In this document: positions 1-10,275 of the stretch, piece after piece | How the letters are laid out: the number at the start of each line of letters is the position of its first letter | Numbering within the stretch: position 1 is the first letter of the stretch | Assembly: GCA_964571765.1 (NCBI GenBank) | Contig: CAZNDH010000006.1 | Coordinates: 25,387 to 89,386, forward strand | Source of the DNA: an uncultured Acidimicrobiaceae bacterium | GTDB lineage: Bacteria > Actinomycetota > Acidimicrobiia > Spongiisociales > ZC4RG35 | Direction of reading: 5' to 3' | Length of the DNA: 64,000 nt | Program-made: the position numbers and the translations under genes | Notes under the pieces: generated by a model | What the model was told of the DNA's origin: nothing | The model's input: the letters and a program-made list of their open reading frames with translations, nothing else | Database searches by the model: none

Positions 1-3000
1 CCGCTGACCACCACCACGGCGTCCTCGACGATGACCGCTCCAAACTCGTGAACCGTCTTTGGGAAGGCGATGCACTCCACCGAGCCCTCGAGATCCTCGA
101 GCTGGAAGAACAACATCGGATCGCCGTTCTTGGTCCACCTCCGGGTGATCCCCCCGACGATGCCACCGATTGCCAGCGAAGACCGATCGGTGAGCTCGAC
201 CAGGTCGGCGATGCGACAACTCGTTGAGGCTGCGAGGGCGGCGCCCACCCCGAGGAGGGGATGGTCGGACACGTACAGGCCGAGCATCTCCTTTTCGAAC
301 CCGAGCTGGGTCTTGGACGGCCAAGCCAGGTCGGGGATGTCGATCGTTGTCTCCGACCGACCCGTCTCGTCCCCGGCGAACAGGGAAAACTGGCCCATCT
401 CCTCGTTCCGTCGCCGCTCGAGGACCGCATCGAGGGCCTGCTCGTAGACGAGGGTGAGGCCCCGGCGCGAGACCCCGGTGGCGTCGAAGGCGCCCGCCTT
501 GATCAGCGACTCCACAGTTCGCTTGTTGAGCACCGCGGTGTCGACCCGGTCGAGGAAGTCGAAGAAGGAGGGGAAGGGGCCTTCCTCGCGGGCCTCGATG
601 ATCTTGTCGACGACACCCTCACCGACGTTGCGCACCGCGGACAGCCCGAAACGGATCCGACCATCGGTCACCGTGAAGTCCATGTCCGACTCGTTGACGT
701 CGGGGACGAGGACCTCGATTCCCAACTGTCTGCACTCGCTCAGGTAGATGGCGGTCCGGTCCTTGTCACGCTTGGTTGCGGTGAGCAGGGCGGCCAGATA
801 CTCCGCTGGGTGGTGGGCCTTGAGGTAGGCGGTTTGGTAGGCGATCAGCCCGTAGGCGGCGCTGTGCGACTTGGCGAAGCCATATCCCGCGAAGTGCTCG
901 ATGAGACGGAAGATCTCCCGGCCGACCTGCTCGGTATGCCCCTGCTCGATGCACCCTGCGACAAAGCGCTCCTCCTCGGCGACCATGACCGCCTTGATCT
1001 TCTTGCCCATCGCCTTGCGCAGCTCGTCGGCCTCGACCATCGAATATCCGGCCATCTCCCGAGCCACCATGAGGACTTGCTCCTGGTAGACCATTATCTG
1101 ATAGGTGTCCGCCAGCTTGTCGGTCAACGCCGGGTGCAGCTCCTCGATCCGGGCTCGGCCGTTCTTGCGGTCGGCGTAGAGGTTGTGCATGTTGGCCCCC
1201 ATCGGCCCCGGCCGGTACAGGGCCACCAGGGCGACGACGTCGTCGAACCGGTCGGGGCGGAGCGAGCGGATCAGCGACCTCATCGCCGAGCCTTCCATCT
1301 GGAAGACACCGATGGTGTTGCCGGTCTGGAGTAGGGCAAAGGTCTTGGGGTCGTCGAGTGGGACCGTGTCGATGTCGACCCTCTCACCGCTGGTCGCCTC
1401 GATCAGCTCAAGGCAGCGTTCGATGATCGACAGGTTTCGCAGACCGAGGAAGTCCATCTTGAGCAGGCCGAGGTCCTCGACGGCATGCATCTCGTACTGG
1501 GTGACGGTCTCTGCCGCTTCTCCCTTGCGCTGGATGGGCACGATGTTGGTCAGGGGCTCGGGGGCTATCACCACCGCGGCGGCGTGAATAGAGTCCTGGC
1601 GACGGAGCCCTTCGAGGCCTCGTGCAGCGTCGACCACCTCGCGGACCGCCGGGTCGGCCTGGTATAGGTCGCGCAAACCCTGAGCGTTGGCGTACCAGTC
1701 TCGCTCCTCATGCGACGCACCCGGCCCGGGCTGGGCCAGCACCTGGTCGAGGGTGGGGTCCTTGCCCAGGATGGACGGGGGCATCGCCTTGGCCACCCGG
1801 TCACCCAGAGAATAGGGGTGGCCGAGGACCCGGGCGGCGTCGCGGATCGCCTGCTTCCCCTTGATGGTGGAGTAGGTGATGATCTGCGCGACCCGGTCGT
1901 GTCCGTACTTCTCCGATGCGTAGCGGATCATCTCGCCCCGATAACGCTCGTCGAAGTCCATATCGATGTCGGGCATGGTCTTGCGACCCGGGTTGAGGAA
2001 CCTCTCGAAGATCAGGCCATAGTGGAGAGGGTCGATGTCGGTGATCCTCAGGCAATACGACACGATCGACCCCGCCGCGGACCCCCGGCCCGGGCCTACC
2101 CGGATCCGGTTCTCCCGGGCGTGACGGATCAGGTCCCACACGATGAGGAAGTAGGCGGGGAACCCCATCTCCTCGATGATCTTGAGCTCGTGCTCGATCC
2201 TCTCCCATACCTCGCCCCCGGGCTCGGGCCCGTAGCGCTCCCGGGCACCCTGGTCGACCAGCCTCCGCAGAAAAGTGACCTCGGTCTCACCTTCGGGTAC
2301 CGGGAACTGGGGTAGGAGGATCTTTCCGAACTCGAGTGCGGTTTCCACCCGCTCCGCCACCCACAATGTGTTGTCACATGCCCCGGGGTAATCGGGATCG
2401 GGGAAGAGCTCCCGCATCTCTGCCGCCGACTTCAGGTAGAAGTCGGAGCCTTCGAAGCGGAGCCGCCCCGGCTCGTTGCGTAATGACCCGGTCTGAATGC
2501 AGAGGAGGACGTCGTGGGCTTCGTGCTCCTCCCGATGGGTGTAGTGGGCGTCGTTGGTGGCGAGCAGGGGTGCATCGATCCGCCGGGAGATGTCGAGCAG
2601 GTCGCCCATGACCCGACGCTGAGCATCGATCCCATGGTCTTGGATCTCGATGAAGAAGTTGTCCCGCCCGAACACGTCCTGGAAACGCCCGGCGGCGGCC
2701 ACGGCGGCATCGAAGTCGCGCTCGTCGCCCTGGTTTCCCTCTTCGCTGACCGCGTCGGGTGCCAGGAGCTGGGGAACCAGGCCCCCAAGACAGCCCGAGG
2801 TGGCGATGATCCCTTCGGAGTGCTCGGCGAGAAGCTCCAGATCGATACGGGGCTTGTAGTAGTAACCGTCGAGGAACGACTTGGAGGTCAGTTGGAGGAG
2901 GTTGCGGTACCCCACTGGGCTCTCGGCGAGCAGGACCATGTGATATCGCCGGTTGAGGGACGCCGGGGGACGGTCGAACCGGGACCCCTCGACGTAGTAG

Positions 3001-3200
3001 GCCTCCATTCCGATGATCGGTTTGATCCCCACTTGGTTGGCCGTCTTGACGAACTCCACCGCCCCGTAGAGGTTGCCGTGGTCGGTGATGGCTATGGCCG
3101 GCTGCCCGTCGGCTGCCGCCGCGGTCACCACATCGGCGACCCGGGCGGCTCCATCGAGGAGGGAGTACTCGGTGTGGAGATGGAGGTGAGCGAAGGACAC
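1..3200 (-). CDS. dnaE: DNA polymerase III alpha subunit, 3' (C-terminal) end beyond window
   Basis: Reverse-complement translation from a GTG at 3200 gives VSFAHLHLHTEYSLLDGAARV..., the conserved PHP-domain N-terminus of DnaE. The frame stays open to position 1. The ORF is missing from the track because its stop lies outside the window. Confidence 0.9.
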   Translation of the reverse strand, partial: MSFAHLHLHTEYSLLDGAARVADVVTAAAADGQPAIAITDHGNLYGAVEFVKTANQVGIKPIIGMEAYYVEGSRFDRPPASLNRRYHMVLLAESPVGYRNLLQLTSKSFLDGYYYKPRIDLELLAEHSEGIIATSGCLGGLVPQLLAPDAVSEEGNQGDERDFDAAVAAAGRFQDVFGRDNFFIEIQDHGIDAQRRVMGDLLDISRRIDAPLLATNDAHYTHREEHEAHDVLLCIQTGSLRNEPGRLRFEGSDFYLKSAAEMRELFPDPDYPGACDNTLWVAERVETALEFGKILLPQFPVPEGETEVTFLRRLVDQGARERYGPEPGGEVWERIEHELKIIEEMGFPAYFLIVWDLIRHARENRIRVGPGRGSAAGSIVSYCLRITDIDPLHYGLIFERFLNPGRKTMPDIDMDFDERYRGEMIRYASEKYGHDRVAQIITYSTIKGKQAIRDAARVLGHPYSLGDRVAKAMPPSILGKDPTLDQVLAQPGPGASHEERDWYANAQGLRDLYQADPAVREVVDAARGLEGLRRQDSIHAAAVVIAPEPLTNIVPIQRKGEAAETVTQYEMHAVEDLGLLKMDFLGLRNLSIIERCLELIEATSGERVDIDTVPLDDPKTFALLQTGNTIGVFQMEGSAMRSLIRSLRPDRFDDVVALVALYRPGPMGANMHNLYADRKNGRARIEELHPALTDKLADTYQIMVYQEQVLMVAREMAGYSMVEADELRKAMGKKIKAVMVAEEERFVAGCIEQGHTEQVGREIFRLIEHFAGYGFAKSHSAAYGLIAYQTAYLKAHHPAEYLAALLTATKRDKDRTAIYLSECRQLGIEVLVPDVNESDMDFTVTDGRIRFGLSAVRNVGEGVVDKIIEAREEGPFPSFFDFLDRVDTAVLNKRTVESLIKAGAFDATGVSRRGLTLVYEQALDAVLERRRNEEMGQFSLFAGDETGRSETTIDIPDLAWPSKTQLGFEKEMLGLYVSDHPLLGVGAALAASTSCRIADLVELTDRSSLAIGGIVGGITRRWTKNGDPMLFFQLEDLEGSVECIAFPKTVHEFGAVIVEDAVVVVS

Positions 3201-3272
3201 TTGGAGAGTTACAGCTATGTGATTTCCGAATCTACCACCGGGGTCAACTACCCCGCCAGAGCGCGAAAAAGC

Positions 3273-4097
3273 TCAGACGACCAGGACCGCCATCGCCGCC
3301 AGGACAGCCACGGCGAAGGCGAGCGCCGCCCGCTGCATGGTCGCCCTTGGGCCTTTGATCCGGGACCAGGCCTCACCGATGAGGAAGCCGGCGACCAAAC
3401 CCCCGAGATGGGCTTCCCAGGCGATTCGGGGCACGATGAAGGGGATTGCGGCGTTGATGAGGAGGAGGAAGCCGATCTGGCGCAAGAGGGCCTGACCGTG
3501 CATGGTGCCACGCCGGTGCAGGGCCCAGCTGAGCCAGAGACCGAAGAGACCGAAGATCGCTCCCGAGGCTCCCACAGCGGCAGGGACTCCCATGTAGAAG
3601 GCGAACACCCCTCCGATCCCGGCGGATGCGAGGTAGAGCCCGACGAAGGGTGCGGTTCCCACCCCCCGCTCCACTTGCGGTCCCAGGATCCACAGGGCCC
3701 ACATGTTGAACATGATGTGCATCAGCGAGGCGTGGAGGAGGACCGGGGTGAAGATCCGCCACCACTCACCGGCTTCGATCTCCGAAGCCACCTGGGCGAG
3801 AGCCAGGACTATCGGGTTGTCGAACCTCCCCATCCCGGTGATCAGGAAGAATCCGGCGGCGAGGGCGATGAAGGTCATAGTGGCCGGGGCACCGGCGGCA
3901 GCGCTTCTCCGCGGCCCGGTGGGTATCACCTTCTGGGTGCCCTCCTCCCTCAGGCAGTCGGGGCATCTCTGTCCCACCGATGCGTCGGTGGAGCATGAGG
4001 CGCAGATGGGTCTCTCACAGCGGCTGCAGGTGAGCAGGGTGTGGCGTTCGGGATGGCGGTAACACACCGGGGCCGAGGTGGTGTGGTCCTGGGTCAC
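3273..4097 (-). CDS. rhomboid family intramembrane serine protease with N-terminal zinc ribbon
   Basis: Cys4 zinc-ribbon N-terminus (CSRCERPICASC...CPDC), multiple TM segments, GASGAIFGL (GxSG catalytic Ser) and a downstream His. Confidence 0.8.
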   Translation of the reverse strand: MTQDHTTSAPVCYRHPERHTLLTCSRCERPICASCSTDASVGQRCPDCLREEGTQKVIPTGPRRSAAAGAPATMTFIALAAGFFLITGMGRFDNPIVLALAQVASEIEAGEWWRIFTPVLLHASLMHIMFNMWALWILGPQVERGVGTAPFVGLYLASAGIGGVFAFYMGVPAAVGASGAIFGLFGLWLSWALHRRGTMHGQALLRQIGFLLLINAAIPFIVPRIAWEAHLGGLVAGFLIGEAWSRIKGPRATMQRAALAFAVAVLAAMAVLVV

Positions 4098-4135
4098 CGG
4101 CCCAACGGTATCTCATCGGGACCGGTACCCGGGAG

Positions 4136-5044
4136 TCAGCGCATGGCCTCCAAGACGCCGACGAGACCGGCGGGGAGATCGCTGGTGAACGTCACCTGCT
4201 CCCCCGTCGCCGGATGCTCGAGACTCACCTCGAAGGCGTGGAGGAACAGCCTGGGAGAGGTTGCCCTTCTTGGTTGGTGTCCGTACCAGACGTCCCCCAC
4301 GACCGGGTGGCCGATGGCGGCGAAGTGGACCCTTATCTGGTGGGTGCGCCCCGTCTCCAGCCCGACCCGGACCAGGGTGCAGTCTTCACCGGGAAAAGTG
4401 GCCTCCACCTGGAAGTGAGTTCGCGCCGGCCTGCCGTCCGGGGCGAGCATCCGGCGCATCGGTCGAGCCGGGTCGCTCCCGATGGGCGCATCGATGGTGC
4501 CGGTAGGAGACCCGATCAGACCGTGCACCAGGGCGATGTAACTCCGGATGATCTCCCGACGACGCAGCTTGGCGGTCAGGTCGTCATAGGCGTTCTGGTT
4601 ACGAGCGACGAGGAGAAGGCCCGAGGTGTCCTTGTCGAGTCGGTGGACCAGGCCCCACCGCCCTTCGACACCCACACCCCGCAGCTCGGGGTACCGCTGG
4701 AGTAGCCCACTAGCCAGGCTTCTCGTCGTCCGGCTTCCACCGGGATGGACCACCAGGCCCGCCGGTTTGTCCACCACTATCACATCCCGGTCCTCGTGGA
4801 CCACGGTGAAGTCGACCGGATCTGCGGGGAGGGTGACGTCCTCATCCTTCTCGGGAACGGCCACCGTGATCACCGCGCCCGCCCCCACCCGTTGGGACGG
4901 GGCGGCGGGCTCCCCGTCGATTAGGGCCCCCCGGTCGACCAGGGCGCGGGCGGCAGCCCGGCTCATACCCAGCAGAACCGAAACCGCCCGGTCCAGCCGG
5001 GAGCCGTCGAGCGCCTCAGGTACTACGTGCGTGCGGTCACCCAC
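4136..5044 (-). CDS. rluD: RluA/RluD family 23S rRNA pseudouridine synthase
   Basis: S4-like N-terminus and the HRLDKDTSGLLL catalytic motif. The start is uncertain; a GTG at 5044 is proposed. The ORF track extends to 5116. Confidence 0.75.
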   Translation of the reverse strand: MGDRTHVVPEALDGSRLDRAVSVLLGMSRAAARALVDRGALIDGEPAAPSQRVGAGAVITVAVPEKDEDVTLPADPVDFTVVHEDRDVIVVDKPAGLVVHPGGSRTTRSLASGLLQRYPELRGVGVEGRWGLVHRLDKDTSGLLLVARNQNAYDDLTAKLRRREIIRSYIALVHGLIGSPTGTIDAPIGSDPARPMRRMLAPDGRPARTHFQVEATFPGEDCTLVRVGLETGRTHQIRVHFAAIGHPVVGDVWYGHQPRRATSPRLFLHAFEVSLEHPATGEQVTFTSDLPAGLVGVLEAMR

Positions 5045-5511
5045 GCCTGAATCAGTAGCAGGGCCACCGCCACCGTGATCGAAGCGTCGGCCACGTTGAA
5101 AGTTGGAATCCACCACAGGTCGACCCAGTCGATCACCTTACCGTCGAGGAAGCCGGGACCCCGGAACAGGCGATCGGCCAGGTTTCCCACCGCTCCCCCG
5201 ATGACGAGCCCGAAGGCCACCACCTCGAGCCGGGGCCGGTCGACTCGCAGCGACCACAGGATCGCCGCAGAGACCACGATGGCGGCCACCCCGAAGAACG
5301 GCCCGGCATTTTGAAACATCGAGAAGGCGGCACCCGGGTTCTCGACGAAGGTGAGCCGGAGGAACCCGGGGATGACCACCACGTCGGAGTCGGCCAGGCT
5401 GTTGGCCGCGTGACGTTTGGTCCAAAGGTCGGCCGTGACCACCGAGAAGGCGATCAGGAGGGGGAGGCGATAACGGCGGATCAAGACGCCTTGGCGGCGC
5501 AGTCGACGCAC
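5023..5511 (-). CDS. lspA: lipoprotein signal peptidase II
   Basis: 162 aa, four TM segments, conserved NxGAAFS and FNVAD motifs. Overlaps rluD. Confidence 0.85.
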   Translation of the reverse strand: MRRLRRQGVLIRRYRLPLLIAFSVVTADLWTKRHAANSLADSDVVVIPGFLRLTFVENPGAAFSMFQNAGPFFGVAAIVVSAAILWSLRVDRPRLEVVAFGLVIGGAVGNLADRLFRGPGFLDGKVIDWVDLWWIPTFNVADASITVAVALLLIQAWVTART

Positions 5512-5855
5512 AGGGTGCTGTAGGGGAGGATGTCGAGCCGCTCGATCGGTATCGCCTTGCCGCAGCTCTCGCAGATGCCGTAACCCCCGGCGTCGATCCT
5601 CGCCAGGGCACGCTCCACCTTCCCCAGGAGATCGATGGTGTTCTGCTCGATGGACAGCTCCTTGGCGTACTCCAGCTTCATCGAACTGGCCTCGGCGTTG
5701 CCCGGATCTGGACTTCGGTCGGACGAGCTCTCGGTGAGCCTGGCCTCCTCGATCTCCCGCTCGTAGTCGGCGATCTGCTCCTCGAGACGCGAACGCTCCT
5801 CTTCGAGACGCCTCTTGAACCGCTCGATGGTGGTCTTGGCAAGTTGTCGGGCCAT
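5481..5855 (-). CDS. DksA/TraR family C4-type zinc-finger protein
   Basis: C-terminal CESCGKAIPIERL...CVDCA C4 zinc finger with a coiled-coil N-terminus. An internal ATG at 5855 is preferred over the track start at 6038, which would run into the ileS leader. Confidence 0.7.
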   Translation of the reverse strand: MARQLAKTTIERFKRRLEEERSRLEEQIADYEREIEEARLTESSSDRSPDPGNAEASSMKLEYAKELSIEQNTIDLLGKVERALARIDAGGYGICESCGKAIPIERLDILPYSTLCVDCAAKAS

Positions 5856-6090
5856 TGCATTCCCCTGGGAAGGGTCGGGTACAGTACCAACGCCTTCGCC
5901 TTGTGTGAATAATCCCCCGGCCGGGACTCTCCCTGGCGTACTCCGTGCCGGCTGCGTCGCTCCCTCGTTTACGTCCGAGGGCGCCTGGAGCCGCTTTGTT
6001 GTTGCACTGCTCCCACCCTCGATGCTTGCCATGGACACGGAGTGCGCATTACGGAGTACCTGGGACCGCTCAACTACTCTGCCCGGCCGG
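5856..6090 (+). promoter_or_regulatory. ileS 5' leader, candidate T-box (Ile) riboswitch and promoter
   Basis: A 235-nt untranslated region lies upstream of the ileS ATG at 6091. It contains TGGGACCGC (about 6058-6072), close to the T-box core GGUGGUACCGCG. Actinobacterial ileS genes are commonly under T-box control. Confidence 0.35.
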
Positions 6091-9000
6091 ATGAACTACC
6101 CCCGCCAGCCGGTTTTCCGCCCCCTAGATGCATCCCCGGATCACGACGCCTTGGAACGACAGCTCCTCGACTGGTGGGATGAACATGAGGTCTTCGCCCG
6201 GCTGAGAAAGCAGAACGCTGACGGGCCGCTCTTCCGGTTCATCGATGGCCCGGTCACCGCGAACAAGACGCTCGGGGTGCACACCGCCTGGGGAAGGACC
6301 CTCAAGGACGTCTTTCAGCGCTACAAGGCACTGAGGGGGCACCATCTTCGCTACCAGAACGGGTTCGACTGTCAGGGCCTGTGGATCGAGGTCGGGGTCG
6401 AACAGGAGTTGGGGCTCAACTCCAAACGGGATATCGAGGAGTACGGGCTGGAGAGGTTCGCCCGGAAGTGCCGCGACAAGGTGGCCTGGTCGATTGCCGA
6501 GCTGATCCGCGGGTCGAAGCGCCTTGGGTACTGGATGGACTGGGGCGCCGACTACCTGACTTTCTCCGACACCAACATCGATTACATCTGGCGCTTCCTC
6601 AAGAGGATTGAGGAGAGGGGCATGTTGTACCGGGGCCACCGCTCCACCGAGTGGTGTCCCCGCTGTGGCACCTCGATATCACAGCACGAGATCTCGATGT
6701 CGGGGGTGTACCAGGAGAAGAGCGACCCCTCCCTGTTCGTCCGCCTGCCACTGACGGAACGTGAGGGTGAGTCGCTGGTGGTGTGGACCACAACACCGTG
6801 GACCCTCCCGGCGAACGTGGCCGCCGCAGTGCACCCCGACCAGGCCTACGGGCGAAGGGCCAATGGCGAGTGGGTGGCGGTGGAGCGATACCCCGACGAG
6901 GAGTTCGTCGAGACCATCTCCGGCGCCGGCATGGACGGATGGCGATATCGGGGTCCTTACGACGACATCGAGGTGGGTGCCGTCGTCGACCATCGGGTGA
7001 TTCTCTGGGACGAGGTGAGCATGTCCCAGGGAACCGGAATCGTCCACATCGCCCCCGGCTGTGGAGCCGAGGACTACGAGCTGGGCCAGGTCCACGACCT
7101 GCCCATCCTGATGCCGGTAGACGAGTCGGGCCGCTTCTACCCGCAATACGGCTGGTTGGCCGGAATGGGAAGCAGCGCCGCACGCGATGCCATAACCGAG
7201 GACCTCGAGCGGAAGGGTCTGCTCGTCGAGGCCGGGGAGTACCTCCACTCCTATCCCCATTGTTGGCGATGCGACACTCCGCTGATCTTCCGGATCGCTG
7301 ACGACTGGTACATCGCAGTCGACCAGATCCGCGAGGAGCTGCGCCAGGCGAATCGGACCATCAGGTGGACCCCGTCCTATATGGGCAAGCTGATGGACGA
7401 CTGGCTGGTGAACATGGGCGACTGGAATATCTCCCGTCGGCGCTATTACGGGCTGCCCCTCCCCTTCTACCAGTGCGACTGTGGGCACCTCACCGTGGTC
7501 GGCTCACGCGACGAGCTCGCCGACCTGGCAACCGCCGGGATGGACCAGCTCGAGGAGCTGCACCGTCCCTGGATCGACCGGGTGACGATCCGCTGCGCCA
7601 AGTGCGACAACGCCTCGGTGACCCGGATCGCCGAGGTCGGTGACGTCTGGCTCGACGCCGGGATCGTCCCTTTGTCAACCCTCGGCTGGAGAAACGAGAC
7701 ATGGGTGGAGGGAGGCTATGGGACCGGAGCTGCCGCTGGACTGACCACCGCCGATCTCCCAGACCACTCCTACTGGGAGGAGTGGTTTCCCGCCGACTGG
7801 GTTTCCGAGATGCGAGAGCAGGTGCGACTGTGGTTCTACTCGCAGTTGTTCATGTCGGTGGCGATGGTGGGCGAGGCGCCGTTCCGGGCGGTGCTCGGAT
7901 ACGAGAAGATGCTCGCCGAGGACGGCCGGGAGATGCATGGGTCGTGGGGCAACCTGATCAGCGCCGAGGAGGCCTTCGACAAGATGGGCGCCGACGTGAT
8001 GCGCTGGATGTACTGCGCCCACCCGCCGGACCGCAACCTTCTCTTCGGGTACTCGGGTGCCCACGAGGTGCGGCGCCGCCTGCTCACCCTGTGGAACTCG
8101 GCTCGGTTCCTGGTCGACTACGGGAACATCGAGGGCTTCACCCCGACCTATGGCGATCTGTCGGCCACCACCGGGTCCGACCTCGCCGAGATCGATCGCT
8201 GGATGCTGGCCCGGGTCGACCAGGTGATCGAGGAGGCCACCGCCGCCATGGAGCGGTGGCGCTCTGACGAGCTCATCGAGCGTTTCGATGCCTACTTGGA
8301 TGACCTGTCCAACTGGTACATACGTCGCAACCGCCGCCGGTTCTACCAGTATGACCAGGCAGCGTTCCGCACCCTGTGGGTGGCGGTGGTCACCGGGCTG
8401 CGCCTCATCGCCCCGGTGATGCCCTTCCTCACCGATCACCTCTGGTCGAGCCTGGTCGCCGGAGCCTGCCCGGGAGCCCCGGACTCTATCCACCTCGCCG
8501 GCTGGCCAAGCCCGATGGGCAACGCCGACCCCGCTCTGGTGGAGGAGATGGCTATGACCCGCCGAGTGGTCGAGCTGGGGAGACGGGCCCGTAACGAGGC
8601 GGGGATCAAGCTGCGCCAGCCACTGCGTGTCGCCCGGGTCAGGGGTGGTGATCGAGCGCGTGGTCATCGGGCCATCATCAGTGACGAGCTCCGTGTCAAG
8701 GAGCTGGATTTCGACGCCGAAGCACCTGTCGACGTCTCCTACAAGCCCGACTTTCCGGTGCTGGGTCCCCGGATCGGGCCCAGGGTCAAGGAAGTTGCAG
8801 CCGCCCTTGCCTCTGGGGACTACACCGTCAACGACGACGGGACTCTGACCGCAGCAGGGATCGAGCTGGCCGCCGGCGAGGTGGTGAGGAGCGAGACCGT
8901 GCTCCTCGAGGGTTGGGGGCTGGCCCAAGAAGGGAACCTGAGCGTTGCTGTGGACCCCACGCTGGACGACGACCTCATCCGGGAGGGTCGGGTCCACGAG

Positions 9001-9192
9001 CTGGTGAGGGCTCTCAACGAGCAGCGCAAGCAGGAGGGCTTCGACTTGACCGACCGCATCGAGCTACGTCTGCCTTCTTCCTATTCGGACCTGCTCGACG
9101 AGTACCTGAGCTGGATCTCGAGCGAGGTCCTGGCCACCTCGGTCGAGATCGACGACCGCTTGACCGCTCCGGTGATCACCCGGAGCGGGTGA
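6091..9192 (+). CDS. ileS: isoleucine--tRNA ligase
   Basis: 1033 aa with the HIGH-region context (PVTANKTLGVHTAW), editing domain and a KMSKS-like motif. The true start is MNYPRQP at 6091; the track start at 5815 reads through the leader. Confidence 0.92.
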   Translation: MNYPRQPVFRPLDASPDHDALERQLLDWWDEHEVFARLRKQNADGPLFRFIDGPVTANKTLGVHTAWGRTLKDVFQRYKALRGHHLRYQNGFDCQGLWIEVGVEQELGLNSKRDIEEYGLERFARKCRDKVAWSIAELIRGSKRLGYWMDWGADYLTFSDTNIDYIWRFLKRIEERGMLYRGHRSTEWCPRCGTSISQHEISMSGVYQEKSDPSLFVRLPLTEREGESLVVWTTTPWTLPANVAAAVHPDQAYGRRANGEWVAVERYPDEEFVETISGAGMDGWRYRGPYDDIEVGAVVDHRVILWDEVSMSQGTGIVHIAPGCGAEDYELGQVHDLPILMPVDESGRFYPQYGWLAGMGSSAARDAITEDLERKGLLVEAGEYLHSYPHCWRCDTPLIFRIADDWYIAVDQIREELRQANRTIRWTPSYMGKLMDDWLVNMGDWNISRRRYYGLPLPFYQCDCGHLTVVGSRDELADLATAGMDQLEELHRPWIDRVTIRCAKCDNASVTRIAEVGDVWLDAGIVPLSTLGWRNETWVEGGYGTGAAAGLTTADLPDHSYWEEWFPADWVSEMREQVRLWFYSQLFMSVAMVGEAPFRAVLGYEKMLAEDGREMHGSWGNLISAEEAFDKMGADVMRWMYCAHPPDRNLLFGYSGAHEVRRRLLTLWNSARFLVDYGNIEGFTPTYGDLSATTGSDLAEIDRWMLARVDQVIEEATAAMERWRSDELIERFDAYLDDLSNWYIRRNRRRFYQYDQAAFRTLWVAVVTGLRLIAPVMPFLTDHLWSSLVAGACPGAPDSIHLAGWPSPMGNADPALVEEMAMTRRVVELGRRARNEAGIKLRQPLRVARVRGGDRARGHRAIISDELRVKELDFDAEAPVDVSYKPDFPVLGPRIGPRVKEVAAALASGDYTVNDDGTLTAAGIELAAGEVVRSETVLLEGWGLAQEGNLSVAVDPTLDDDLIREGRVHELVRALNEQRKQEGFDLTDRIELRLPSSYSDLLDEYLSWISSEVLATSVEIDDRLTAPVITRSG

Positions 9193-9201
9193 GTCGAGAC
9201 C

Positions 9202-9894
9202 TCATCCCCGGCCTTCGTCCTCTGCATCGGGGTCGTCGTCCGGATCACCCACATCACCCTCATCGTCGGGCTCGTCGAGATCCTCGACCGGGGAGAAGTC
9301 GGGCGAATCGTCCGACTCCATGGTGTCCTCCGAGTCCCACAGTTCGTCGAAGTGGGAGTCATCGCCCACCCGGTCGTACACCACCGGGGAAGCGGGGTCG
9401 GCCACGGTCGCCACCTCATCCTTCTCGGCGACCGCTGAATGAAGGGCGTTGCCGAGGGTGGCTTCCATTTGGTCGAGATTTTCGGCGACACCGTTCGCCA
9501 GGACCGCCAGTTCGCGCCGAACGTTGGAGATCCGGGCGGTGAGATCGGCCATCTCCATCTCCGCTGCCGCCCGGAGTGCTTCACGCTCATTGACCCAGGT
9601 GTCGGCCTCCGACCTGGCCGCGACCCGGATACGGTCGGCCTCCTGTCGGGCATCCTCGAGGAGCTTGTCGGCGGCAGTCTGGGCTGCGATCAGTGCCCGG
9701 CCCACCGCACTCTCGTCGTGGACCGGGTCGTGCTTCCCCGCCGGCGCCTTGCTGGACCGGGCAGTGGCCAACTGCTCCCCGAGGTCGCGAACGGTGGCGA
9801 TCACGTCGTCGAGGAAGTCGTCCACCTCGTTCAGGTCGTAGCCACGCAGCGCGGTGGAAAAAGTCTTCTTCTCGATGTCCTCTGGCTTCAGCAT
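9202..9894 (-). CDS. divIVA: DivIVA domain cell-division/polar growth protein (Wag31-like)
   Basis: N-terminus MLKPEDIEKKTFSTALRGYDLNEVDDFLD is the DivIVA signature. Coiled coil and acidic C-terminal tail. Start ATG at 9894. Confidence 0.85.
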   Translation of the reverse strand: MLKPEDIEKKTFSTALRGYDLNEVDDFLDDVIATVRDLGEQLATARSSKAPAGKHDPVHDESAVGRALIAAQTAADKLLEDARQEADRIRVAARSEADTWVNEREALRAAAEMEMADLTARISNVRRELAVLANGVAENLDQMEATLGNALHSAVAEKDEVATVADPASPVVYDRVGDDSHFDELWDSEDTMESDDSPDFSPVEDLDEPDDEGDVGDPDDDPDAEDEGRG

Positions 9895-10011
9895 CTCCCA
9901 AACCCTTTCAGCTGGTGCCCCCAGGATACGACCCGGAGTCACCCCCGGGTCGGCTCCCCGCCCACCGGCGAAGATCCCCGGGAGCCTCAACCCTGTCGTC
10001 GGCGGAGAGTC

Positions 10012-10266
10012 TCACCTGATGATCCCCCGGATGATGCGTATCCCCACCAGAAGGATCAACGGGGACAGGTCGAGAGCTCCACCACCGAGCCGTATCGGGG
10101 GGACAACTCGACGCAGCGGGCGGATGACCGGGAGAATGATCCGGTCGAGGATCTCCTGGAGGCGAGCCAGCGGATGACCGCCCGACATCGGGATCCAGGA
10201 AAGGATCACCCAGGCAAAGACCGCGTAGAAGTATATGTCTAGCGCCGCGCGGACCAGGTCAAGCAA
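10012..10266 (-). CDS. yggT: YggT family membrane protein
   Basis: 84 aa with two TM segments, in the conserved position between sepF and divIVA. Confidence 0.75.
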   Translation of the reverse strand: MLDLVRAALDIYFYAVFAWVILSWIPMSGGHPLARLQEILDRIILPVIRPLRRVVPPIRLGGGALDLSPLILLVGIRIIRGIIR

Positions 10267-10275
10267 GGCCGGCGG

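Noticed and set aside
261-3998. Long plus-strand ORFs (261-1334, 1710-2315, 2514-3998) antisense to dnaE and the rhomboid gene
   Set aside because: Their translations are low-complexity (G/D/E/V/H/R-rich). The opposite strand encodes an unmistakable DnaE. Open antisense frames of this kind are expected at about 70% GC.
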